Of a DNA stretch of 64,000 nucleotides, positions 29,773 through 38,424 are shown in pieces (positions within the stretch are counted from its first letter, which is position 1; every line of letters begins with the position of its first letter). The DNA lies in NCBI GenBank assembly GCA_018062515.1, contig JAGOSC010000001.1, forward strand, positions 40,765-104,764, read 5' to 3'. Position numbers and translations under genes: made by a program. The DNA comes from Candidatus Omnitrophota bacterium. GTDB taxonomy: Bacteria; Omnitrophota; Gorgyraeia; Zapsychrales; Zapsychraceae. The notes beneath the pieces are model-generated. The model was not told the DNA's origin. It saw only the letters and a program-made list of their open reading frames with translations, and made no database searches.

Positions 29773-30969
29773 TCACCACCGATAAAACCTTGCCGTTGTG
29801 CCGGGTTTAATTACTTTTGTACCCGACGGAATCTCAATAAATCCGTCGGATAAAGCTAAAGAAGCAAAATCACCCGAACCTTTAAATATTTGCGGGCGAG
29901 CTGTCAATATTGCGTCTTTTGTCTTTTCCAATTTAACCGGACAGAAAAAAGTTAATGGCGTGTCCGGTGTAAATTCTTCATTCAATTGAACAAATTCCTC
30001 AGCCGGTTCAAGACCTAAGGCTCTTTGTAAACTAGGGATGACGTATCGGTATGTTCCCATCTGCGTTGAGACCGGATTTCCCGGTAAAGCAAATACCGGT
30101 TTTCCGTCGGAAGAAATTCCAAACCAAAAAGGTTTTCCGGGCTTTTGCTGAACTTTGTGAAACAAGACTTTTACTTTTAATTCCTTCATCGCTTGCGGAA
30201 TAAGATCAAATTTACCCATCGATACTCCGCCCGTCAAAACTAATACATCATAGCGTTCAATAATCGCGCCGATTTGTCGAATGAGTACTTTTAAATTATC
30301 TTTAAAATGAAATAAAGCTGTGTCAAATAATTGAGTTTTTTCCAAAGCGGCCTGAATAAAATAGGAATTTGATTTACGAATCTGATAAGGCTCAACGGGA
30401 ACATCCAAATCGACGAGTTCATCACCACTTGAAATAATGGCAACACTGGGTTTCGCGCTGACTTTAACTTGCGCCGCACCGACGGCAGCGACGGTGGCAA
30501 TTTGAACGGGCCCCAATATATTCCCTTTTGGTATTAATATTTCTCCCTTCTTATGATCAGAGCCTTTACTGCGGATAAACTGTCCCTTTTTTAATGCCAA
30601 GCCATCCTTAACCAATGCCTTTCCTTCTTGAATCGTGACATCTTCAATAGGAATAACCGTATCACATCCCTCGGACAAAACCGCACCCGTCATGATTTCC
30701 GTGCACGAATCAGCAAATTTTAACGATAAGGCTGGAATTCCCGCCGACTGCGTTCCTTCGACGAGAAATTTACGGTTTCCTTTTTTATAAGATTCAATTC
30801 GAATTGCTAAACCGTCCATGAGCGATTTATCAAACGGCGGCATATCACGATCGGCTTTAATATTTTCTATTAAGACCGCGCCGTAGGATTTTAATAATGG
30901 ACGCTCCACGATGGGAAATGGTTTGGTGGCTTTTAAAATAATTTGATCAGCTTCTTGAATACTAATCAT
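29773..30969 (-). CDS. moeA: Molybdopterin molybdenumtransferase MoeA.
   Basis: 398 aa; MoeA N-terminal, linker, MoCF-binding (GGVSMGKFD) and C-terminal domains. Confidence 0.8.
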   Translation of the reverse strand: MISIQEADQIILKATKPFPIVERPLLKSYGAVLIENIKADRDMPPFDKSLMDGLAIRIESYKKGNRKFLVEGTQSAGIPALSLKFADSCTEIMTGAVLSEGCDTVIPIEDVTIQEGKALVKDGLALKKGQFIRSKGSDHKKGEILIPKGNILGPVQIATVAAVGAAQVKVSAKPSVAIISSGDELVDLDVPVEPYQIRKSNSYFIQAALEKTQLFDTALFHFKDNLKVLIRQIGAIIERYDVLVLTGGVSMGKFDLIPQAMKELKVKVLFHKVQQKPGKPFWFGISSDGKPVFALPGNPVSTQMGTYRYVIPSLQRALGLEPAEEFVQLNEEFTPDTPLTFFCPVKLEKTKDAILTARPQIFKGSGDFASLALSDGFIEIPSGTKVIKPGTTARFYRW

Positions 30970-32867
30970 ACCTTTAACCTTTTTTTAGCGGCTGGATAAG
31001 CGACAGTCAAAAATAATAATTGAGCCAATAAGTAAATTAAAAGATTTGTCGCCAGTCCGGACGTGAAACCATATGAATGTAAACCAATACTCAATAAGTT
31101 TACGCCGAACCACGCCCACATCACGACGATAATTCCTAAAATACTCCCCACCGCTAAACCGAGTGGCCCGATTATTTTGGCGATCTTGGCATGAAATAAC
31201 ATGGCCGTCCAAAGAATAATCATCAAAGCTCCGTTCTCTTTCGGATCCCATCCCCAAAACCGTCCCCAGGATTGATCCGCCCATATTCCGCCGAGATTGG
31301 TTCCTAAAAACGCGAATGTGAGACCAAACCCTAATGTTCCGATTAAAACATTGTAAGTCGATCGTAATAATTCTTTATCTTTCGATTTAAAAATAGCCTG
31401 AAGCATATAGACGTGTCCGACAATACCGGCCACACAGGTACCGGCATAGCCGATCGTGATACTCGTTACATGCGTTGACAACCAAAAATTAGAATTTAAA
31501 ACAGCGACGAGCATTTGCATTGTATCGCCTTCAGCCGCGAATTTTTCAGAAATACTTAAGAAAATGTATCCAGATATCGCCGCGACGGCAATACCCAGCC
31601 AATTTTTAGTCATTCGCTCAATAATCAAGCCAACGATCACGCTGATAAGGCCAACAAAAATAAATGTTTCAAATAAATTCGATACAGGCGGGCGCTGCAG
31701 GATTGTTATCCGCATCATCAATCCAATCAGATGACATAAGAATCCGATCCACAGAAAAATCCAAGCTGTTCGATAAACCCAACGATTCGAAAATATTAAT
31801 CCAAAAATAAAAATAATAAACGTTAACAAATAAATAATTTTAGCCAGCAAAAATAAGTTTGACTGATTATAAAGCAATTCCAAATTGGCCAGCCCGATTC
31901 TTTTATCGTAACTGTCGTCGGAACGTGCTTTCAGCAAACCGCGATAAGCTTTAACGTTGAGATCAAAATCAAGCCCTCGTCCATCCCAATAGTCAACCAT
32001 CATTTTCTGAAAAGAAATTAATTCTTTGCGTCCGGAAGCATCCCGCAAGCCCGTCGTCATAATGTCCCACGGACTATACCAATTTTCATCGCCTTTAGTG
32101 TAAGACGGAATAATTTGGAGAGGCATTCCTTTATAGATCATCGACCATTTCAGTAAATTCGCGGCTAACACGACAACTTCCTGCTGTTGTGAAGACCATT
32201 TCGACTGATCCAAGCGCTGCAGAGGAACCGTCAATTTTTGCAAAACATCGGCATTAAGGGCAATATCTAAATAACTGAACACATCCGCCCGTTCCCCAAG
32301 CCCCATCATGTTTTTCAGCTCGGCATCGGTCACGGTAAAATCAGGATGAGATAAAACAAAGGCAAAACTAATCGATAAATTCGAATACAATTTAATATTT
32401 TCATAAACACGGATGAGCTCCGCCTCGACGATATCACGTTCTTTACTATCAATTTCACTCGCCGCATGGGCTAAGCGCTGTAATGTCTCAAACTTTTCTT
32501 CCAGTTGAGAAAACGTATAGCGACGATGTTTATCCGGTTCAATTCCTAATGATTCGACAATCTGCGGGTTATTGATAAGAAAAATTTGATTTTCCCGGGC
32601 ACGGCCGGGATCAAACAAAACCATGGTGAGCCAGTTGATCGCCGGTTTTTTATTGAACGTACCTCGTCCGGAAAACTGTACTAATATGCTGCGCGCGTAC
32701 GTATCCAAAGGTTTAACGCGTCCATGATCTAAAATAAGAATATGCTGAAATTCTTTTAAGGATGATACACCTTTGGCTATGGGGCAAACTTGATCCGCCG
32801 ACCATGATGTGATCGACACAAAAAATATCATCAAAAAATAAAAAAGAATCTGTTTAACTTTTCTCAT
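30966..32867 (-). CDS. ccsA: Cytochrome c-type biogenesis protein CcsA/ResC (System II heme-handling protein), long form with a large N-terminal periplasmic domain.
   Basis: 633 aa; signal peptide, about 330 aa soluble region, then eight TM helices carrying the Trp-rich WWD motif FWGWDPKENGALM and conserved His residues. Confidence 0.8.
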   Translation of the reverse strand: MRKVKQILFYFLMIFFVSITSWSADQVCPIAKGVSSLKEFQHILILDHGRVKPLDTYARSILVQFSGRGTFNKKPAINWLTMVLFDPGRARENQIFLINNPQIVESLGIEPDKHRRYTFSQLEEKFETLQRLAHAASEIDSKERDIVEAELIRVYENIKLYSNLSISFAFVLSHPDFTVTDAELKNMMGLGERADVFSYLDIALNADVLQKLTVPLQRLDQSKWSSQQQEVVVLAANLLKWSMIYKGMPLQIIPSYTKGDENWYSPWDIMTTGLRDASGRKELISFQKMMVDYWDGRGLDFDLNVKAYRGLLKARSDDSYDKRIGLANLELLYNQSNLFLLAKIIYLLTFIIFIFGLIFSNRWVYRTAWIFLWIGFLCHLIGLMMRITILQRPPVSNLFETFIFVGLISVIVGLIIERMTKNWLGIAVAAISGYIFLSISEKFAAEGDTMQMLVAVLNSNFWLSTHVTSITIGYAGTCVAGIVGHVYMLQAIFKSKDKELLRSTYNVLIGTLGFGLTFAFLGTNLGGIWADQSWGRFWGWDPKENGALMIILWTAMLFHAKIAKIIGPLGLAVGSILGIIVVMWAWFGVNLLSIGLHSYGFTSGLATNLLIYLLAQLLFLTVAYPAAKKRLKV

Positions 32868-33991
32868 TTTTTCTTCCGTTTAAAAGCCATCATAAGAAAA
32901 TGAATGGCCAGGCCGGTAAATGTCAATAAACTGGAGATGTACGGTAAAAGCCGCCCAGAATTTCGTACAACCGCTAATGTCGAGCGCATATTTCCAGATG
33001 CGTCGACGGAATACGAAGCTTGATAAAATGTATAATTTTTATAACGATACGGATGATTCATATAAATTTCAGCATCACGTTTGGCTCCGCCATGCTCAAT
33101 CGTGACATAACTTTTATAGCTTCGCGCAATTTCCGTCCCAGGATGTTTTTCCATTTCAAATTTTTTTAAAATAACGGTGATGGGCAAAGGATAACGTTTA
33201 CGTTGTACCTGAAGATTTACACTTTTACCGTCGATCTCAATCGTCGTCGGGCGCGACTCTTTACCAAAAAGAAGGACACTGTCTTTTTTCTGTCCTTGCC
33301 CGGTGACATCTATAACTATTCCCGGAAAATTTTTTTCAGGTTCTTTATTGAGATCTGATTTTCTTAACTCATGAATGCCCGATACGTTCTTGATGGTGTT
33401 TTGCGCCTCATTACCCACGTATGCCTCGGCATTTTGGAAATAAGATTTAACAGCTGCCTCGACTCCTAAATCAGCAAACGACAATTGTTCGCCCGATTTT
33501 AATCCTTTCAAATCAAACGCGTATACTTTTTTAAATTCAGGTTTACTCTCCAGCCAGACGGCAACTTCCCAATAATGGTAAGCCACCCCGACATTGCTTC
33601 CCTGTCCTTCACTTAATGTCACGTTCGACTCCTCAACCATATGCAAAGTCACAAAAGCGGAGACAAAATAAGTAAGTAATCCCAAATGAATGACCAAAAT
33701 CCCAATGTGTGACCAGCGGTACACAAATCTAGTTATGGAAACAGCGCAGAGATTGATAAATAAAACCCAAAGAACTAGTTGAGCGCCGGGAAATGGCAGG
33801 AAATTAAAGACAAGGAAATACCAGGAATTGAAAAATTGTTGTTGAGCCTCATACAAGCCTTGATTAACTTGGGCAACGGTGCCCCAAAAAGTTAAAATGA
33901 ATAAGAGTAAAAGACAAACGACGGTTATCTTGATCGACGCTATTGACTTTAAAACGGAGGATTTCTTTAAACGTTCAAATAAATTATTCAT
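32864..33991 (-). CDS. ccsB: ResB/CcsB-like cytochrome c biogenesis protein (short form).
   Basis: 375 aa; N-terminal TM, periplasmic domain and C-terminal TM, as in ResB; 4-bp overlap with ccsA. Confidence 0.6.
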   Translation of the reverse strand: MNNLFERLKKSSVLKSIASIKITVVCLLLLFILTFWGTVAQVNQGLYEAQQQFFNSWYFLVFNFLPFPGAQLVLWVLFINLCAVSITRFVYRWSHIGILVIHLGLLTYFVSAFVTLHMVEESNVTLSEGQGSNVGVAYHYWEVAVWLESKPEFKKVYAFDLKGLKSGEQLSFADLGVEAAVKSYFQNAEAYVGNEAQNTIKNVSGIHELRKSDLNKEPEKNFPGIVIDVTGQGQKKDSVLLFGKESRPTTIEIDGKSVNLQVQRKRYPLPITVILKKFEMEKHPGTEIARSYKSYVTIEHGGAKRDAEIYMNHPYRYKNYTFYQASYSVDASGNMRSTLAVVRNSGRLLPYISSLLTFTGLAIHFLMMAFKRKKK

Positions 33992-34637
33992 TCGTTAATC
34001 TTAATGACGTAAGCAAGCCCATAAATTTTTCATCGTTTAAGTTTATGGCTTCTAACGTACCCGTTAATTTAATGAATATGGTCTTCTCATCCGATTCGAT
34101 GACGCCGGCCATAATACTCGACTCTTGGTTATCTTTAGATGAGGAGAGCGGCCGAAAATCGATCAGGCGAATTTTAAGTCCGCTTTGTGATGCAATTTCC
34201 TTTTGAGACGACATAAAATTCTCAAACTCTTCCGTCGATAAATCGAAAGAAAGTTGACCTAACCAGCGTTGGATATTCGCCTCAAGCCCACCCGATGCTC
34301 CGCTCAAGGAAACAATACTGCATTCAATAGCATTCTCACCCGTCGAGGTAAACGTCGCCATGCGCATTCCGCTTCCTTTCTGCTCCGTCCATCCGTTGGG
34401 AACTGTCCAGCTCAAATCAGCGTTTGCCATTGAATTCGTGAGCATTTCCTGCATAGACGAATCTTGGGATTGAAAATCCATACCTCGATTCATCATCATT
34501 CCTTCATGAGGATCTTTCACGTTTGAAGGTTGAGGATTAATCGTCACCTCTTCGTAAGTGCGGATCGTACGATTCTGTTCACACGAATAGGCAGACAGTA
34601 TAGTTATAGAAACTAATATTATTATTTTTGATTTCAT
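33984..34637 (-). CDS. Secreted or lipoprotein-like hypothetical protein.
   Basis: 217 aa; signal peptide MKSKIIILVSITILSAYSC; no recognisable motifs; 8-bp overlap with ccsB. Confidence 0.45.
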   Translation of the reverse strand: MKSKIIILVSITILSAYSCEQNRTIRTYEEVTINPQPSNVKDPHEGMMMNRGMDFQSQDSSMQEMLTNSMANADLSWTVPNGWTEQKGSGMRMATFTSTGENAIECSIVSLSGASGGLEANIQRWLGQLSFDLSTEEFENFMSSQKEIASQSGLKIRLIDFRPLSSSKDNQESSIMAGVIESDEKTIFIKLTGTLEAINLNDEKFMGLLTSLRLTNE

Positions 34638-34745
34638 AGAAGGGATAGTTATTTATTCATTTTATAAACTTTTATAACAAATACAAGGAATAATTTGACG
34701 GAAAAATCGAAGATTTTATGGAAATCTAAGACGGGTTTTATAAAT

Positions 34746-37700
34746 TTACGAGGAATGTTGATTGGCTACTTGTAACGGAACTTTATCAATAGAATTTTCC
34801 TGATCTGATTCGGATTCTCCCAAAAGCATTTGGATATTGATCACCGGCGCGACATTGATGATGACAGGCTGTATCCCTTCAATCTGAATGTTTTGAATTT
34901 TGATTGGATCAAACTCAAGATTATATTTAATTTCCGTCCCTTGTGTGTTTAATTGCATATGATCTGGATTAAAATCAATACCACCCAAAGGATCACCGGT
35001 TAAAGGTTTATCTTTATTATCCGTCGCGTTAGGATTCTTCTTTCTTCCTAAATTCTTAAAGCCCAGAGTCATTGCCCAGAACAGAAGCTGACTAAAGTGA
35101 ATAAGTTCTTCTCTGTCCTCATTTGATATATTTTTTTCCTCAATTAACGTGTCGGAAAAGTTAACAAAATCACCGTAAAGCAATGTCCCCGACGCAACGG
35201 CAATCAATATTTGTGAAAGAATTTTATCAAGATTCTTATTTTCAGAAACATCATAATTTGACAGGAACCACTGGATGACCGGATGATCAAGCGTTAATGA
35301 TTGACCACCAGAATTTTTTTCCAGAGCTTTCTTAAAATCCTGAACCATACTGTCATTCGCGGAATTTTCTAATTCTATATTCAACCTTTGAGAATTAAGG
35401 GCAATTTCTTTCATCTGTTTGACACTTAACGAACGCCCTATCGAGTCCACCGCTGCCCGCCAAACCTTTTCTTTTGCGCTCTGACCAAACAGTTGCGTAA
35501 AAATCAAATCATCATCTATAGTATGGGCAACGTTCATACTGTCACTATACGTGAGACCATTATCGTTAATATATTTCACCGCCTCAGGAGATATATTTTT
35601 CTTCAAATTTTCCTGAAAATCGTCATTTATAGGTTTTGGCAAGATGAATGGCGGTGTGATAGGAAACGATTTAAAGTCTTTATTATATAATTCAAACGCT
35701 GCTTGCTGGAGCAACTCGGGATACATGAGCATGTCATCAATCATTTCCCGAATCGTTTCCCCGTCCCTGGCATCTCGCACCTTTTTTGGTTTTAAACCTT
35801 TGACCCCTTTTTTCCGTAAAGATTTATAGACGGAATTAAAAATATAGGTGGCTACATAATCGTAAGGATTCTGATACCCATCATTCTCCTGTTTTCTTAG
35901 AATAATCCTCCCTAGACCGATTAAATCCAAAATAGGCCTTCTATTCTGCGCCATTGAATATAAATAAGCGCCCGTTTCATTAATAATCCTAATCTGTAGT
36001 CTGTCATCAAAGGAATCCCATAAACCATCATTAAGAGTTTTAAAATAATCTGTTCCGCTATACGAAGATGCGTCTCTAAAATACGCATGTTCGCCTTCAT
36101 GAACTCTTATATAGTTAATAATGTCCAGCTTGATTTCATCAGGCGACATCCCCGAAAAAGCTTCTCTGATTAATTGATCAATTCTGGATGATGTGACTGA
36201 ATCCGTTAATAAATAATTATTTCCATTTAACGTGTTAATGATATTTTGGGTTTCTTTATTTACATAATCCATATTGATAAAAAGTTCTCCATCCAGGTGT
36301 GCCCCCTGATGAGCAACCAAAGGATGGAATGGTAAATCAATTTTATTTACTTGCCGATAATAAAAAACTTTAATTTCTCTGCCGGCTAAAATAAATTTTT
36401 CCTCTTTATCCACCACAAATATGGCGATAACAGGAAGCATATCACCCGATTTTTTTTCGATTAGATCCATCCCCCCTAAAAAACCATTCCGAAGAAGGTA
36501 CACCTCGAATTCATCCCACTTCTTAAGAAAAGTAAAATCCTTACTTTTATAAAAAGCTGGATCCTCTTTCTGATAAGACATAACTAAATATTCCATATAC
36601 GCTTCTAAAGTTTCGGAAATATCTTTAGCTTTACGAACGAGATCAACTTCGAGCTCTCTGCGATTAGGAGATGAGTCAGTAACTGCGGTCATATACTTTG
36701 ACCAAACCTCTTCAAAAAATATCCGCAATTTTCTCGTTTCTTCTGATTCAATCATCCTCTGTTCCTGCCAATTTTTGTCATTGATGATATCCAACATCGC
36801 TTCTTTTAATAATCGGCCATTATCTTTTAAGGGGTCTTTTATTTCCAGCTTTGAAGCATCATAGGATGCAATTTTATAAAGATAAATAAACAGTTCAAAT
36901 ATTTTTGGATCATTTCCGAGATTTTTAAGATTATCCGAAAAATACTCTACGTCAACGGTCGTTTCTAAATAACGTTTCCACTCATTTATATCCGTCGAAA
37001 ACAAAAGAGGCTGCTCTGTCTTCTTCATATGCTCCAGGTACTGAGTTAGATCAGATAAAGCTATTTTTGTACTTTGCTGATTAGCGTGGTTGACTTCATT
37101 GACTAGAAAAACTTCGAGATTATCAGGCTTTCCTCCATCTTCTTTTTTATAATACTCTCCTGTTTGCGTAATCCCCAAAGCGACTAGCATCAGTGAAAAC
37201 ACACTAAAACTGGCATGGGTCGTTCTTTTAAGCCAGTTGACGGATGGTTTTTTATTTTCCTTACTGGTCAGTATTGCAGCATCTATTTTTGCCGCGTTTA
37301 TCCCCCCGGAAAAATACTTTCGAGGAATCATTTCCTGTGTTGTTGAATCGTATTCATCACGCACAAAATTATGTACACCCTTTTTAAATGATTCGACATA
37401 CTGCTCGTAAATTTTCTCGTTCCCATCTTTATCTTCAACCTCTAAACCTTTAACTTTTCCCTTATTAACAAAGATTCCACCTAATAAACTTTTTTGTAAA
37501 TTATGTTTGTACCACGTCGCTAAAATCATCGAATTATAAACTTGCCGTAAATTGGCGAATGTCTCGCCTTCATTCACTTCTTTCTCAACGGCCGGAATCA
37601 ATATGTTCTTCACTATTTCCGAAGACACGCCGCTGGTGATTTCAATATCTTCTTTTGTCACCTTGCCCAACCCGTGCTGTTGACTATTCTGATTATGCTC

Positions 37701-38357
37701 TAAAGCCAGATAATCCTCCTCGAGCATGACTTTAAGATGACTATCGACGACAAAAACGGTTGTTCCATTAACATACACATCCGCTCTTTCTGGAACAATC
37801 CAAATCTTGTTAAAAGTATTCATTGGGATTTCTGTAGTTCCATATTGTTCTTGAGCCTTCTTGTAAACTTCATCCCAGAATTTTCCCCCCAGTTTTTCGT
37901 CCGGATTCATTAATGAAGCTGAAAATTGTTTCAACATATAATCCTGGGCTAATAAATCCCTTCCCATTTGTGTTAATCCAAAATCAGTCGGAATAATACG
38001 ATCCTTTTCATACGGTGATAAATTCACCCACATTTGTTCGGATGGAACAGTAAGCGTTGTCAAGAAATACTCAATGAGCTTATTAGCCTCGGCGCGAAAT
38101 TCTTCCGAACCTTGAACTTTGTCGCCCGGATCGATAATAAAATCAAATTTCAAGGGGTTGTCAGGATAAATCGTAATGCCGGTGATGATGGGAGGATTAT
38201 AGGGCTGGCTGACTAGCACTGGTGTTCCCAGAGCAGGCAGATTGAGCACACTTTGCGCGTAACTTTGCTGTGGTGGAACAACAAACGTTACCACCAAAAT
38301 AAGGCTTAAATAAGCCGAAAAAGTCCTGAATATTATGTGTGTTCTTAGTTGACGCAT
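34746..38357 (-). CDS. Giant-family secreted protein P2 (1203 aa): signal peptide, family N-terminal domain, internal TM, HEGEH motif region, family C-terminal domain.
   Basis: N-terminus about 60% identical to P1 and P3 (LSLILVVTFVVPPQQSYAQSVLNLP..., WVNLSPYEKDRIIP..., HLKVMLEEDYLALEH). HEGEH at 36087-36101. C-terminus GGIDFNPDHMQLNTQG...PVIINVAPVINIQMLLG. Confidence 0.9.
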   Translation of the reverse strand: MRQLRTHIIFRTFSAYLSLILVVTFVVPPQQSYAQSVLNLPALGTPVLVSQPYNPPIITGITIYPDNPLKFDFIIDPGDKVQGSEEFRAEANKLIEYFLTTLTVPSEQMWVNLSPYEKDRIIPTDFGLTQMGRDLLAQDYMLKQFSASLMNPDEKLGGKFWDEVYKKAQEQYGTTEIPMNTFNKIWIVPERADVYVNGTTVFVVDSHLKVMLEEDYLALEHNQNSQQHGLGKVTKEDIEITSGVSSEIVKNILIPAVEKEVNEGETFANLRQVYNSMILATWYKHNLQKSLLGGIFVNKGKVKGLEVEDKDGNEKIYEQYVESFKKGVHNFVRDEYDSTTQEMIPRKYFSGGINAAKIDAAILTSKENKKPSVNWLKRTTHASFSVFSLMLVALGITQTGEYYKKEDGGKPDNLEVFLVNEVNHANQQSTKIALSDLTQYLEHMKKTEQPLLFSTDINEWKRYLETTVDVEYFSDNLKNLGNDPKIFELFIYLYKIASYDASKLEIKDPLKDNGRLLKEAMLDIINDKNWQEQRMIESEETRKLRIFFEEVWSKYMTAVTDSSPNRRELEVDLVRKAKDISETLEAYMEYLVMSYQKEDPAFYKSKDFTFLKKWDEFEVYLLRNGFLGGMDLIEKKSGDMLPVIAIFVVDKEEKFILAGREIKVFYYRQVNKIDLPFHPLVAHQGAHLDGELFINMDYVNKETQNIINTLNGNNYLLTDSVTSSRIDQLIREAFSGMSPDEIKLDIINYIRVHEGEHAYFRDASSYSGTDYFKTLNDGLWDSFDDRLQIRIINETGAYLYSMAQNRRPILDLIGLGRIILRKQENDGYQNPYDYVATYIFNSVYKSLRKKGVKGLKPKKVRDARDGETIREMIDDMLMYPELLQQAAFELYNKDFKSFPITPPFILPKPINDDFQENLKKNISPEAVKYINDNGLTYSDSMNVAHTIDDDLIFTQLFGQSAKEKVWRAAVDSIGRSLSVKQMKEIALNSQRLNIELENSANDSMVQDFKKALEKNSGGQSLTLDHPVIQWFLSNYDVSENKNLDKILSQILIAVASGTLLYGDFVNFSDTLIEEKNISNEDREELIHFSQLLFWAMTLGFKNLGRKKNPNATDNKDKPLTGDPLGGIDFNPDHMQLNTQGTEIKYNLEFDPIKIQNIQIEGIQPVIINVAPVINIQMLLGESESDQENSIDKVPLQVANQHSS

Positions 38358-38424
38358 TAGGTTATTAGTATTATTTATATCTATTTATGCTCAAGAGTAA
38401 CATATAGTGAGCAGAGTTGCTAAC

